Source: Isoptericola halotolerans (GTDB lineage Bacteria > Actinomycetota > Actinomycetes > Actinomycetales > Cellulomonadaceae). Taken from it: a stretch of DNA of 64,000 nt. The stretch covers positions 248,001 to 312,000 of the forward strand of contig NZ_JABEZU010000002.1 in the NCBI RefSeq assembly GCF_013149785.1, in the 5' to 3' direction. This document shows, in pieces, positions 40,861-51,016 of the stretch (within the stretch, counting starts at the first letter, position 1; the number at the start of each line of letters is the position of its first letter). A program made the position numbers and the translations under genes. The notes beneath the pieces were generated by a model. That model ran no database searches, was not told the origin of the DNA, and worked only from the letters and a program-made list of their open reading frames with translations.

Positions 40861-40954
40861 GGCGTCACGGTACCCGCCGCAGTCCCCAGGGCCCCTCCCG
40901 CCGCGGGTCGCCATCCCTCCCGCTGTGGGTGAGGGGGAGAGGAGGGGATGGGGT

Positions 40955-40990
40955 TGTGTTAGTGTATTAAGGTCTTAGTACAGCAACACA
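40955..40990. promoter_or_regulatory. YtrA-type GntR operator palindrome
   Basis: TGTGTT-ag-TGTATTAA-ggtc-TTAGTACA-gc-AACACA immediately before the GntR RBS. Confidence 0.75.
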
Positions 40991-41000
40991 GGAGGTGGGC

Positions 41001-41405
41001 GTGGAGTTCGACACCGGTGCACCCATCTGGGGCCAGCTGGTCACCGAGTTCTCCCGGCGCATCGTCACCGGGGAGTGGGCGGCGGGCAGCAGGATCCCGG
41101 GGGTCCGCGAGCTCGCTTCCGAGCTCGGCGTCAACCCCAACACCGTCCAGCGTGCGCTCGCCGAGCTGGAGCGGCGTGGGCTCTGCCGCTCCGAGCGGAC
41201 CGCCGGCCGGTTCGTCACCTCCGACGAGGAGCGGATCGACGCGATCCGCGCCGAGCTCGCCCACGTGGCGGCCGACGACTTCATCCGTCGAGCGCGAGGG
41301 CTGGGCATGCGCCCGGCGCAGGCGCTCCACCTGATCGAGGAGAGATGGACCCATGGCGACCACACCCCTGCCGATGGCGCCCGAGGAGGCCACGATGACG
41401 TCTGA
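41001..41405 (+). CDS. GntR family regulator, YtrA subfamily
   Basis: PIWGQL, VRELASELGVNPNTVQRA, RTAGRFVT; short C-terminus; precedes ABC genes. Confidence 0.9.
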   Translation: MEFDTGAPIWGQLVTEFSRRIVTGEWAAGSRIPGVRELASELGVNPNTVQRALAELERRGLCRSERTAGRFVTSDEERIDAIRAELAHVAADDFIRRARGLGMRPAQALHLIEERWTHGDHTPADGARGGHDDV

Positions 41406-42102
41406 GCACGCGCTGGTGAGCGTCCGTGGCCTCACCGTCCGCTACGGCACCCGCACCGCGCTCGACGATCTCGACCTGGAGCTGCCCGCGGGGCGGATCA
41501 TCGGCCTGCTGGGTGAGAACGGCTGCGGCAAGTCGACCCTGCTGAAGACGCTCGCCGGGCTCTACGCCGACTACACCGGCGAGGTGCGGGTGGGCGGACA
41601 CGCGCCAGGTCCGCGGTCCAAGGCGCTCGTCTCGTACCTGCCCGACCGCAGCTCGCTGCCGGACCACGTGCGGGTGCGCTACTGCCTCGACCTCTTCTCC
41701 GACATGTTCGCCGACTTCGACACGGCCAAGGCGCGCGAGATGATCGCGGGCTTCGGGCTGGACGAGTCGATGCGGCTCAAGGAGATGTCGAAGGGGATGC
41801 GCGAGAAGGTCCAGGTATCGCTCGCCATGGCGCGCCGGGCGCGGGTCTTCCTGCTCGACGAACCGATCTCCGGGGTCGACCCGGCCGCACGGGACGGGAT
41901 CCTCGACCGCATCCTCGGCAACCTGGAGCCGGGGTCGTCGTTGCTCGTCGCCACCCACCTCGTGCACGACCTCGAGACCACGTTGGACTCGGTGGTGATC
42001 ATGCGCCACGGCAAGGTGCTGCTCGAGGGTGAGGTCGACGACCTGCGGGCCGAGCACGGATCCAGCCTCGACCAGATCTTCCGGAAGGTGTACCGCTCAT
42101 GA
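41395..42102 (+). CDS. ABC transporter ATP-binding protein (YtrB-like)
   Basis: GENGCGKST, MSKGM, LDEPISGVD. Confidence 0.9.
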   Translation: MTSEHALVSVRGLTVRYGTRTALDDLDLELPAGRIIGLLGENGCGKSTLLKTLAGLYADYTGEVRVGGHAPGPRSKALVSYLPDRSSLPDHVRVRYCLDLFSDMFADFDTAKAREMIAGFGLDESMRLKEMSKGMREKVQVSLAMARRARVFLLDEPISGVDPAARDGILDRILGNLEPGSSLLVATHLVHDLETTLDSVVIMRHGKVLLEGEVDDLRAEHGSSLDQIFRKVYRS

Positions 42103-42917
42103 TCACGCTGCTCAAGCACGAGGTCGTCCAGACCCGCGCGATGCTCGGACTGGTGGGGCTGGTGGCCCTGCTGGTGACGGCCGTCGGTGCCCTGTTCGCC
42201 GCGACCGGCTGGCCGGCGCTCGCCCCCTTCGGGCTGGTGCTCGTGGTGGCCGCGGCCTTCGGTCTCGTCCCGGCGGCCCAGATCGTGCTGGCCGTCGCCT
42301 ACTGGCGGTCCGGCTACGGCCGCATGGGCCACCTCACCCACACCTTCCCCGTCCGGGGGTCGACCATCTACTGGGCCAAGACCGTCTGGGCCTGGGCGGT
42401 GTCGCTCCTCGGGGTCGCGCTGAGCGTCGGGCTCGTCCTGGCCGCTTCACCGCTGCTGGCGCGCGGTCTCGGGACGGACCGTGGTGACCTGTTCCGTCCC
42501 CTGCGTGAAGGCTGGGCGCTGCTCGCCGAGATGGCACCGGTCTGGGGGATCGCCGCCGCCGCGGCCGCTCTGGTCGTGCTGGTCCTGATCTGGCCGGTGC
42601 AGTACTTCTTCGCGGCCTCCGTCGGCAGCCAGGCTCCGCTGAACCGGCTGGGTGTCGGTGGGCCGGTCATCGTGTGGTTCGGTGTGTACTTCGTCACCCA
42701 GGTGCTCACCTTCGTCTCCTTCGCCGCCGTGCCGTTCGCGGTCGGGAGCGACGGCGAACGGCTCGCGATCGTCCGGTTCGACCTTTTCGCGGAGATGATG
42801 GCGGGCACCTCGGCCGAGGTGATGCCGATCGGGTTCCTGCCGTCGCTGCTGCTGATCACGGTGGTGTGCATCGGCTGGACCGTGCACTCCTGGAACCGCC
42901 GGGTCTCGCTGGTCTGA
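42099..42917 (+). CDS. ABC transporter permease
   Basis: LLKHE N-terminus, LTHTFPV, about six TM spans. Confidence 0.8.
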   Translation: MITLLKHEVVQTRAMLGLVGLVALLVTAVGALFAATGWPALAPFGLVLVVAAAFGLVPAAQIVLAVAYWRSGYGRMGHLTHTFPVRGSTIYWAKTVWAWAVSLLGVALSVGLVLAASPLLARGLGTDRGDLFRPLREGWALLAEMAPVWGIAAAAAALVVLVLIWPVQYFFAASVGSQAPLNRLGVGGPVIVWFGVYFVTQVLTFVSFAAVPFAVGSDGERLAIVRFDLFAEMMAGTSAEVMPIGFLPSLLLITVVCIGWTVHSWNRRVSLV

Positions 42918-42957
42918 GCGACGCGGGCCGGTGTGGCGACGCCCGTAGAATCGGACG

Positions 42958-44472
42958 GTGACCTCCCCCGAGAATGCCGCTGCCACCGTGCCCGACGACC
43001 TGCCCGAGCAGCTGCGCGTCCGCCGCGAGAAGCGCGACCGCATCATCGCCGAGGGCGGTGAGGCGTACCCGGTCAACCTGCCGATCACCACCACGATCGT
43101 CGCCGTCCGCGACGAGTACGGTCACCTCGAGCCCGGCGTCGAGACGGACGACCTCGTGGGTGTCGCGGGCCGCGTCGTGTTCCTGCGCAACACCGGCAAG
43201 CTCTGCTTCGTGTCGCTGCAGGACGGCGAGGGCAACCGGCTGCAGGCGATGCTCAGCCAGAAGGTGGTCGGTGAGGAGTCGCTGAGCGCCTTCAAGGCGG
43301 ACGTCGACCTCGGCGACCACCTGTTCGTCCACGGCCGCGTCGGGGCGTCCCGCCGCGGCGAGCTGAGCGTCTTCGCGGACTCGTGGCAGCTGGCCTCCAA
43401 GGCGCTGCGCCCGCTGCCGGTGCTGCACAAGGACCTGTCGGAGGAAGCACGCGTCCGTCAGCGCTACGTGGACCTCATCGCGCGCCCCGCCGCGCGCGAC
43501 ATGGTGCGGGTGCGGGCCGGAGTCATGCGCTCGTTGCGGGAGAACTTCCATCGCCGCGACTTCCTCGAGGTCGAGACCCCGATGCTGCAGACGGTCGCCT
43601 CGGGCGCCTCGGCGCGGCCTTTCGCGACGCACATGAACGCCTACGACATGGAGCTGTTCCTGAGGATCGCTCCGGAGCTGTTTCTCAAGAAGGCCGTCGT
43701 CGGCGGGGTCGAGCGGGTGTTCGAGATCAATCGCAACTTCCGCAACGAGGGTGCCGACTCCTCGCACTCACCGGAGTTCGCGATGGTCGAGGCGTACGAG
43801 TCCTACGGCGACTACGACACGATGGCGGAACTCACGCGGAATCTTGTGCAGCAGGCTGCCGAGGACGTCCTCGGCACCACGCTGGTCACGCTGGCGGACG
43901 GCGAGGAGTACGACCTCGGCGGCGAGTGGGCCGACATCAAGATGTACGACTCCCTCTCGACCGCCGTCGGTGAGGAGATCACGCCCGAGACGTCGGTGGA
44001 GCACCTGACTGCGCTCGCCGAGAAGGTCGAGATCTCGATCGACCCGAAGAAGGTCAATCACGGAAAGCTCGTCGAAGAGCTGTGGGAGCACCACGTGGGC
44101 GACCATCTGCACGCTCCGACGTTCGTCCGCGACTTCCCCGTCGAGACCTCCCCGCTCACGCGCGACCACCGCAGCGTCCCCGGCCAGGTCGAGAAGTGGG
44201 ATCTCTACGTGCGCGGTTTCGAGCTCGCCACGGCCTACTCCGAGCTGGTGGACCCGGTCGTCCAGCGCCAGCGTTTCGAGGCGCAGGCCCTGCTCGCCGC
44301 CGCAGGCGACGACGAGGCCATGCGGCTCGACGACGACTTCCTCACCGCGATGGAGTTCGCCATGCCGCCCGCGGGCGGCATGGGAATGGGAATCGACCGG
44401 TTGCTCATGGCACTCACCGGTGCAGGGATCCGCGAGACCATTCTCTTCCCCCTCGTCAAGCCGACTCACTGA
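42958..44472 (+). CDS. lysS: lysine--tRNA ligase
   Basis: [27 protein letters not shown]. Confidence 0.97.
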   Translation: MTSPENAAATVPDDLPEQLRVRREKRDRIIAEGGEAYPVNLPITTTIVAVRDEYGHLEPGVETDDLVGVAGRVVFLRNTGKLCFVSLQDGEGNRLQAMLSQKVVGEESLSAFKADVDLGDHLFVHGRVGASRRGELSVFADSWQLASKALRPLPVLHKDLSEEARVRQRYVDLIARPAARDMVRVRAGVMRSLRENFHRRDFLEVETPMLQTVASGASARPFATHMNAYDMELFLRIAPELFLKKAVVGGVERVFEINRNFRNEGADSSHSPEFAMVEAYESYGDYDTMAELTRNLVQQAAEDVLGTTLVTLADGEEYDLGGEWADIKMYDSLSTAVGEEITPETSVEHLTALAEKVEISIDPKKVNHGKLVEELWEHHVGDHLHAPTFVRDFPVETSPLTRDHRSVPGQVEKWDLYVRGFELATAYSELVDPVVQRQRFEAQALLAAAGDDEAMRLDDDFLTAMEFAMPPAGGMGMGIDRLLMALTGAGIRETILFPLVKPTH

Positions 44473-44482
44473 GAGGGCCGCT

Positions 44483-44668
44483 ATGAGTACGTTCTGGGCA
44501 GTGATCGCGGGGTTGATACCCTCCATCGGTGTCGGCCTCCTCTTCTGGTTGGCGATGCGAAAGATCGTGCGTGCCGACCGGAACGAGCGGGCCGCGCTGC
44601 AACGCCATGACGCCGAGGCGCGGTCGACCGTCGCGAAGGAATTGTCGAATGACTCGCCCGTGCAATGA
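44483..44668 (+). CDS. small single-pass membrane protein (61 aa)
   Basis: LIPSIGVGLLFWLAMRKIVRADRNER; GAGGG RBS. Confidence 0.7.
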   Translation: MSTFWAVIAGLIPSIGVGLLFWLAMRKIVRADRNERAALQRHDAEARSTVAKELSNDSPVQ

Positions 44669-44686
44669 CGAACTCGTCGTGGTGAG

Positions 44687-44716
44687 TTGACTTTCTATTC
44701 TCCGGTCGTGCATGCT
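44687..44716 (+). promoter_or_regulatory. housekeeping sigma-type promoter for lsr2
   Basis: TTGACT-N18-CATGCT in an AT-rich spacer. Confidence 0.5.
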
Positions 44717-44756
44717 CGAATCGCTCAAGTTTTTCGAGACACCGGAGGGTGACAGC

Positions 44757-45089
44757 GTGGTTCAGAAGACACAGGTCGTGCTGATCGACGACATCGACGG
44801 CAGCGACGGTGACGAGACGGTCACGTTCGCCCTGGACGGTGTGTCGTACGAGATCGACCTCTCCGCGGCGCACGCTGCCGAGCTGCGCGAGTCCTTCGCC
44901 CAGTGGATCGGCCACGGTCGCCGGACGGCAGCCAGGTCCGCTCCGCGCGCGTCCGCGTCGCGCCGGGGTCGGACCGATCGCGAGCAGCTCCAGAAGATCC
45001 GCGAGTGGGCTCGCGACAACGGCCACCAGGTCAACGACCGCGGCCGCATCCCGGGACGTGTGCTGGAGGCCTACGAGGCCGCGCACTGA
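44757..45089 (+). CDS. lsr2: nucleoid-associated protein Lsr2
   Basis: [38 protein letters not shown]. Confidence 0.95.
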   Translation: MVQKTQVVLIDDIDGSDGDETVTFALDGVSYEIDLSAAHAAELRESFAQWIGHGRRTAARSAPRASASRRGRTDREQLQKIREWARDNGHQVNDRGRIPGRVLEAYEAAH

Positions 45090-45105
45090 CCCCCTCCAGA
45101 CGCCT

Positions 45106-45137
45106 GCGCCCCGGTCGGATCGTCCCGGCCGGGGCGC
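45106..45137 (+). terminator. hairpin after lsr2
   Basis: GCGCCCCGGTCGG ... CCGGCCGGGGCGC. Confidence 0.55.
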
Positions 45138-45165
45138 GGTGCTGTCCGGCGCCTAGGCTGGCCCC

Positions 45166-46245
45166 ATGACCTCGACGAGCTCGCGGACCCTGTGGATCGG
45201 CACGTACCCGCCGGGTGACACCCCGGGGGCGGGAGAGGGCGTCTGGCGGGTCGCCGTCGACCTGCGCTCCGGTGCCCTGGGAGTCCCGGAGCTCGCCGCC
45301 GAGGCCGCGGCGCCGTCGTTCCTCGCCCTGCACCCGCACGTCCCGGTGCTCTACGCGGTCTCCGAGACGGCGCCAGGGCGCCTCACGGCGCTGCACGTGG
45401 CCGACGACGGCGGACTGTCGACCGCCGCCTCGTCCCTCTCGGGCGGGGACGACGCGTGCCACGTCGCGGCCACTCCCCGCACGGTCTGGGTCGCGAACTA
45501 CGGCGACGGCGTGGCCGCGGCGTTCGAGGTGGCCGACGACGGCGTCCCCGCCGCAGACCGCCGTGCGATCCGTGCCGGCTCGGGCTCCGGTCCGGTCTCC
45601 GACCGCCAGGAGGGTCCGCACGCCCACCAGGTCACGGTGGTGGGCGACCACGTCCTGGTCACCGATCTCGGCGGCGACCTGATCCGTCGGTACCCCGTGG
45701 ACCCGCTGCCCGGCGAGACCTCCACCGACGACGCCGACGAGGACGTCGTCGCCGCCCACCTGCCGGCCGGCGCCGGGCCGCGCCACCTCGTCGTCCTGCC
45801 GAGCGGCGCCCTGGTGGTGGTCGGCGAGCTCGACGCGCACCTGCACGTCCTCGTCCCGGCCGGTGACGGCTGGGAGCACTCCGGCAGCGTGCCGCTGGCG
45901 CCCGCGGCCGTGGCGGGCGAGGACTTCGGTGGGCACGTCACGCTGAGCGCCGACGGCACCCGCCTGCACGTCGGGGTCCGTGGCTCGGACGTCCTCGCGG
46001 TCCATGCGGTGTCCGACGGCGCGGCGCCGCAGATCACGCACCTCGTCGACGTCCCGCTCGGCGACGGTGCCTGGCCTCGCCACCACGAGGTGCTCGCCAC
46101 CGACGACGGCGAGCTGGTGGTGGTCGCGCTGCAGGGGACCGGAGAGCTGGTCACCGTCCGGCTCGTCCCCGGCACCGGTGCCGGCGAGGTCGTGCACCGG
46201 GCCGGGTGGGCGACCCCGCCGGCGTGCGTGCTGGTGGCACGGTGA
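45166..46245 (+). CDS. 6-phosphogluconolactonase-like beta-propeller lactonase
   Basis: [33 protein letters not shown]. Confidence 0.87.
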   Translation: MTSTSSRTLWIGTYPPGDTPGAGEGVWRVAVDLRSGALGVPELAAEAAAPSFLALHPHVPVLYAVSETAPGRLTALHVADDGGLSTAASSLSGGDDACHVAATPRTVWVANYGDGVAAAFEVADDGVPAADRRAIRAGSGSGPVSDRQEGPHAHQVTVVGDHVLVTDLGGDLIRRYPVDPLPGETSTDDADEDVVAAHLPAGAGPRHLVVLPSGALVVVGELDAHLHVLVPAGDGWEHSGSVPLAPAAVAGEDFGGHVTLSADGTRLHVGVRGSDVLAVHAVSDGAAPQITHLVDVPLGDGAWPRHHEVLATDDGELVVVALQGTGELVTVRLVPGTGAGEVVHRAGWATPPACVLVAR

Positions 46246-47534
46246 GCCGCCGGGCCGCGTCCGGGCCGCGGGTCGCGATGCTCTCGGTGCACACCTCGCC
46301 GCTGGACCAACCTGGCGCGGGCGACGCGGGAGGCATGAACGTCTACGTCCTGGAGCTGTCCCGGGCACTGGCCCGACGGGGTGCCGAGGTCGAGATCTAC
46401 ACCCGGGCGACGACGTCGGCCCAGCCCCGGGTGGTCGACGCCGAGCCGGGGATCCGGGTCGTGCACGTGGCGGCCGGCCCGTACGAGGGCCTCGACAAGA
46501 ACGACCTGCCCGGCCAGCTCTGCGCCTTCACGGCGGGCGTGCTGCGGGCCGAGGCGCACCGCCCCGCCGGCTGGTACGACGTCGTGCACGCGCACTACTG
46601 GCTCTCGGGGCAGGTCGGCTGGCTGGCCGGGGAGCGCTGGGACGTCCCCCTGGTGCACACCATGCACACCATGGCCCGGGTGAAGAACGCAGCCCTGGCA
46701 CCGGGGGACAGCCCGGAACCGCAGGGTCGGGTGATCGGTGAGGAACAGGTGGTCGAGGCCTCCGACGCGCTGGTCGCCTCCACGCGGGAAGAGGCGGACG
46801 ACCTCGTCCGGTACTACGGGGCCGACCCGGACCGGGTCCACGTGGTCGCACCCGGTGTCGACCTGCAGCAGTTCTCGCCGGGGCCGGGCGACCCGGCGAC
46901 GGCGCGGCGCGCGGCGAGGGAACGTCTCGGGTTGCCGACGGACGGCCCGATCGTCCTCTTCGCGGGCCGTGTACAGCTGCTCAAGGGGCCTGACGTGCTC
47001 GTGCGGGCGCTCGGTGTCATGGCCGACCACGCGGACCCCGCGGGCCGAGGAACCGAGGGGCTGCCGCGCCTGGTCGTGCTCGGGGGCCCGAGCGGCCGGC
47101 CGACCGCCGTCCGCGAGCTCGAGGCACTCGCTCACCAGACCGGTGTCGCCGACCGGGTGGACGTGCGCCCGCCCGTTCCCCGCGCCGAGCTCGCCGACTG
47201 GTACCGGGCGGCGGACGTGGTGGCGGTGCCGTCGCACAACGAGTCGTTCGGGCTGGTGGCGGCCGAGGCGCAGGCCTGCGGCACACCGGTGGTGGCCGCC
47301 GCCGTCGGCGGCCTGCGGACCGTCGTCGTCGACGACGTCTCCGGGGTCCTCGTGGACGACCACAGCCCGTGGACCTGGGCTCGTGAGCTGACGGGCCTGC
47401 TCGACGACGGCGAGCGGATGGCCCGGCTGGCGGCCGGTGCGCGTCGTGCGAGCGAGCGGTTCTCCTGGGACCGCGCCGCGGCCGCGATGCTCGACGTGTA
47501 CTCCCAGGCCACGAAGGTGCGCCAGACGCGGTAG
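46242..47534 (+). CDS. mshA: D-inositol-3-phosphate glycosyltransferase (mycothiol synthesis)
   Basis: [41 protein letters not shown]. Confidence 0.94.
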   Translation: MSRRAASGPRVAMLSVHTSPLDQPGAGDAGGMNVYVLELSRALARRGAEVEIYTRATTSAQPRVVDAEPGIRVVHVAAGPYEGLDKNDLPGQLCAFTAGVLRAEAHRPAGWYDVVHAHYWLSGQVGWLAGERWDVPLVHTMHTMARVKNAALAPGDSPEPQGRVIGEEQVVEASDALVASTREEADDLVRYYGADPDRVHVVAPGVDLQQFSPGPGDPATARRAARERLGLPTDGPIVLFAGRVQLLKGPDVLVRALGVMADHADPAGRGTEGLPRLVVLGGPSGRPTAVRELEALAHQTGVADRVDVRPPVPRAELADWYRAADVVAVPSHNESFGLVAAEAQACGTPVVAAAVGGLRTVVVDDVSGVLVDDHSPWTWARELTGLLDDGERMARLAAGARRASERFSWDRAAAAMLDVYSQATKVRQTR

Positions 47535-47536
47535 GG

Positions 47537-47563
47537 GGAATGCCGGGGCGGCGCGACGACGTT
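47537..47563 (+). promoter_or_regulatory. SigH/SigR-like ECF promoter
   Basis: GGAAT-N19-GTT ending 9 nt before ATG 47573. Confidence 0.5.
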
Positions 47564-47572
47564 GTCGCTGAC

Positions 47573-48013
47573 ATGCCGATCACCGGAGAGTATGTCCCCA
47601 GCCCGTCGACCTGGGCCGCCGACCAGGTCGAGACGTACGAGGCCTCGGGCGGTACCGAGGGCACCACGTTGCGTGGCAGGCCGGTGGTGATCCTCACGAC
47701 CCTCGGCGCCAGGAGCGGCAAGGTGCGCAAGACGCCGCTGATGCGCGTCGAGCACGACGGCGCCTACGCCGTCGTCGCCTCCATGGGCGGAGCTCCGAAG
47801 CACCCCGTCTGGTACCACAACATCGTCGCGAACCCGCAGGTCGAGCTGCAGGACGGTCCCGAGAAGCACGACTACGTCGCCCGCGAGGTCATCGGCGAGG
47901 AGAAGGCGGTGTGGTGGGAGCGCTCGGTCGCCGCGTGGCCCGACTACGCCGAGTACCAGCGCAAGACGGACCGTGAGATCCCGGTCTTCGTCCTCGAGCG
48001 CGCGAGCTCCTGA
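47573..48013 (+). CDS. F420H2-dependent quinone reductase (Ddn family)
   Basis: [41 protein letters not shown]. Confidence 0.9.
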   Translation: MPITGEYVPSPSTWAADQVETYEASGGTEGTTLRGRPVVILTTLGARSGKVRKTPLMRVEHDGAYAVVASMGGAPKHPVWYHNIVANPQVELQDGPEKHDYVAREVIGEEKAVWWERSVAAWPDYAEYQRKTDREIPVFVLERASS

Positions 48014-48083
48014 CCGCGGACGTCCGACGTCCGCGATCCGGCCGATGGTGCGTCCACGCCCTCGGTCAGGGCAGGATGGACGC

Positions 48084-48824
48084 ATGACCTACACCCTCGT
48101 GCTGCTCCGCCACGGCGAGAGCGAGTGGAACGCCAAGAACCTCTTCACCGGCTGGGTCGACGTCCCGCTGTCCGAGAAGGGCATCGGGGAGGCGAAGCGT
48201 GGCGGTGACCTCCTGCGGGAGGCCGGCGTCGCCCCTGACGTGCTGCACACCTCGTTGCTGCGCCGCGCCATCATGACGGCGAACCTGGCGCTCGACACCG
48301 CCGACCTGCACTGGATCCCGGTCAAGCGGTCGTGGCGCCTCAACGAGCGCCACTACGGCGACCTGCAGGGCAAGGACAAGAAGCAGGTCCGTGACCAGTA
48401 CGGCGAGGAGCAGTTCATGCTCTGGCGCCGCTCGTACGACGTGCCGCCGCCGGAGATCGAGCTCGGCTCGGAGTTCTCCCAGGACGCGGACGTCCGCTAC
48501 GCCGGTGAGCCGATCCCGCGCTCCGAGGCCCTCAAGCAGGTCCTCGACCGCGCCCTGCCCTACTGGGAGGGCGAGATCGTCCCGGACCTGAAGGCCGGCA
48601 AGACGGTTCTCGTGGCCGCGCACGGCAACTCGCTGCGCGCGATCATCAAGCACCTCGACGGCGTCGACGACGAGACGATCGCCGGGCTCAACGTGCCGAC
48701 GGGCATCCCGCTGGTCTACGAGCTCGACGAGGAGACGCTGCAGCCGACCAACCCGGGCGGCACCTACCTCGACCCCGAGGCCGCGAAGGACGCCATCGCC
48801 GCGGTGGCGAACCAGGGCAAGTAG
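48084..48824 (+). CDS. gpmA: 2,3-BPG-dependent phosphoglycerate mutase
   Basis: [24 protein letters not shown]. Confidence 0.96.
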   Translation: MTYTLVLLRHGESEWNAKNLFTGWVDVPLSEKGIGEAKRGGDLLREAGVAPDVLHTSLLRRAIMTANLALDTADLHWIPVKRSWRLNERHYGDLQGKDKKQVRDQYGEEQFMLWRRSYDVPPPEIELGSEFSQDADVRYAGEPIPRSEALKQVLDRALPYWEGEIVPDLKAGKTVLVAAHGNSLRAIIKHLDGVDDETIAGLNVPTGIPLVYELDEETLQPTNPGGTYLDPEAAKDAIAAVANQGK

Positions 48825-48834
48825 CCAGCCCGCA

Positions 48835-48895
48835 CCCGCTACGCACTCCGGCCCGCAGGTTCATCGCGAACCTGCGGGCCGGAGTGCGTAGCGGG
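48835..48895. terminator. 28-bp perfect stem, bidirectional terminator between gpmA and phoU
   Basis: CCCGCTACGCACTCCGGCCCGCAGGTTC-atcgc-reverse complement. Confidence 0.8.
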
Positions 48896-48903
48896 GACGG
48901 TGC

Positions 48904-49575
48904 TCAGGCGTCCGTGGCGGCTGCCGCGTGCTCGGTGTCGAACTCGCCGGTGACGAGGAACGTGATCCGCCGCGCGACGGAGACGCCGTGGTCGCCGAAC
49001 CGCTCGTAGTAGCGACCCAGCAGCGTCACGTCCACGGTCTCCTGCGCGGTACCGGTCCAGTCCGGCGAGAGCGTGGCGGCGAACGTGTCCTGGTGGAGCT
49101 GGTCCAGGTCGTCGTCCCCCTGCTCGACCTCGGTCGCGAGCGCGACGTCGCGGGTCGCCAGCAGCTCGGTGGTGCGCCGGGCGACGAGCATCGCGGCCTC
49201 GTTCATGGCCACGAAGGTCTCGCGTGCCTGCTCCGGCACGGCCGACGCGGGGTACCGGCCGCGGGCGACCTCGGCGACGTGCTGGGCGAGGTCGCCCATG
49301 CGCTCCAGCGTGGCGCTGATGCGCAGGGCGCTGATCACGACGCGCAGGTCCGTCGCGACGGGGGCCTGCTGGGCGAGCAGGTGGACGCACCGCTCGTCCA
49401 GGTCCTTCTCGAGCCGGTCGATCTCGTGGTCGGCGGCGATGACGTCCTGGGCGAGCTGGTGCTCGCCGTCGAGCAGCGCTGCGCCGGCCCGCGTGATCGC
49501 GGACTCGACCAGCCGGCTCATCTCGACCAGTCCCTGACCGATCTGCTGCAGCTCGGCGTCGAAGATCTCTCGCAT
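48904..49575 (-). CDS. phoU: phosphate signalling protein PhoU
   Basis: QAPVATDLR, LERMGDLAQH, YYERFGDH. Confidence 0.94.
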   Translation of the reverse strand: MREIFDAELQQIGQGLVEMSRLVESAITRAGAALLDGEHQLAQDVIAADHEIDRLEKDLDERCVHLLAQQAPVATDLRVVISALRISATLERMGDLAQHVAEVARGRYPASAVPEQARETFVAMNEAAMLVARRTTELLATRDVALATEVEQGDDDLDQLHQDTFAATLSPDWTGTAQETVDVTLLGRYYERFGDHGVSVARRITFLVTGEFDTEHAAAATDA

Positions 49576-49627
49576 GGGTGTCCTCTCGAATGCGGGTGCT
49601 GAGCAACTCTTGCAGCCGGCTCAGACT

Positions 49628-49660
49628 CTCAGGTGAACGTCGCGAGGTCCACAGGTGAAC
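49628..49660 (-). promoter_or_regulatory. PHO-box direct repeats upstream of phoU
   Basis: Two GTTCACCTG units 22 nt apart on the minus strand. Confidence 0.7.
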
Positions 49661-49732
49661 AGTGGACGACACGTCAGGGAGCAGAAGGCGCCCTGGCGCT
49701 GTGAGGGGCCTCGCGCGACCTAGGCTGAGGGT

Positions 49733-51016
49733 GTGGAGGGAATCATCCAGGGTGCGACCGCCGTCGTCGCCGGCGTGCTCGGCGTCGTCGTCGGGCTCGT
49801 CGCTGCCCTCGCCTTCCGTTTCTCCGACCGCGCCCAGCGCCGGGACAGCGACACCGGGGCGTCCGAGCTGGACAGCGGGCTGGTGCGGGTGCTGTCGGTG
49901 CTGCGCTCCGCGGCGGTGGTCCTCGACGACGACGACGAGGTCGTCCGGGCGTCACCGCCGGCCTACGCGCTCGGTGTGGTCCGCAACGACGCCCTGGTGC
50001 ACCCGGCGATCGTCGACATGGTGCGCGAGGTGCGGCGCGACGGCGTCATCCGGGAGGAGGAGCTCGAGCTCCCCCGCGGGCCCATCGGGTCCGGCACGGT
50101 GCTGCTGCAGGTGCGGGTCGCCGCGCTGGGCCTCGACAAGCTGCTCGTCCTGGCGGAGGACCGCACGGAGGCGCGGCGGGTCGAGGCGATCCGCCGGGAC
50201 TTCGTCGTCAACGTCTCCCACGAGCTGAAGACGCCGGTCGGCGCGCTCGCCCTGCTGGCCGAGACGGTGCAGGACGCGGCCGACGACCCGGTCGCGGTGC
50301 GGCGGTTCACCGCGCGGATGCAGTCCGAGGCGCACCGGTTGTCCGCCCTGGTGCACGAGATCATCGAGCTGTCGCGCCTGCAGGTGGCCGGTGCGCTGCA
50401 GAAGGTCCGCCCGGTGCCGGTGCGCGACGTCGTCGACGAGGCCGTCGACCGGGCCCGCACGACCGCGCAGGGGAAGAACATCACCATCACCGTGGGCGGG
50501 TCCGCGGACTGCGTGGTCTTCGGGGACCACAACCTGCTGGTCACCGCGGTGCGCAACCTGCTGGACAACGCCGTGTCCTACTCCGGGGAGAACACCCGGG
50601 TGGGCGTCGGCGTGCACGAGCGGGGCGGTCTGGTGGAGATCGACGTCGTCGACCAGGGCATCGGGATCTCGGCCGAGGTGCAGGAGCGCGTGTTCGAGCG
50701 CTTCTACCGCGTCGACCCGGCACGCTCCCGCGACACCGGCGGGACGGGGCTGGGACTGAGCATCGTCAAGCACGTCGCCGCCGACCACGGGGGCGACGTG
50801 CGGGTGTGGTCCGAGCCGGGCAAGGGCTCGACGTTCACCCTGCGGATACCTGCCGCCGATCTTCCGGCCGGCGAGCTGCCCGCCGGGTCGTCCGGATCGC
50901 CCGACGACACCGACGACGACGCTTCCCACGAGACGGGTGCGCCTCCGACCGGGAGACGTGCCGGAGACCAAGACCGCGGGCCGGACGGCCCGACGAACGA
51001 GGAGGTAGGCGCGTGA
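49733..51016 (+). CDS. senX3: phosphate sensor kinase (SenX3/PhoR)
   Basis: NVSHELKTP, NLLDNA, DQGIGI, GGTGLGL; divergent from phoU. Confidence 0.9.
   Translation: MEGIIQGATAVVAGVLGVVVGLVAALAFRFSDRAQRRDSDTGASELDSGLVRVLSVLRSAAVVLDDDDEVVRASPPAYALGVVRNDALVHPAIVDMVREVRRDGVIREEELELPRGPIGSGTVLLQVRVAALGLDKLLVLAEDRTEARRVEAIRRDFVVNVSHELKTPVGALALLAETVQDAADDPVAVRRFTARMQSEAHRLSALVHEIIELSRLQVAGALQKVRPVPVRDVVDEAVDRARTTAQGKNITITVGGSADCVVFGDHNLLVTAVRNLLDNAVSYSGENTRVGVGVHERGGLVEIDVVDQGIGISAEVQERVFERFYRVDPARSRDTGGTGLGLSIVKHVAADHGGDVRVWSEPGKGSTFTLRIPAADLPAGELPAGSSGSPDDTDDDASHETGAPPTGRRAGDQDRGPDGPTNEEVGA

Noticed and set aside
44420..44756. Upstream starts for lsr2 (44712) and for the small ORF (44420)
   Set aside because: RBS positions and family N-termini favour 44757 and 44483
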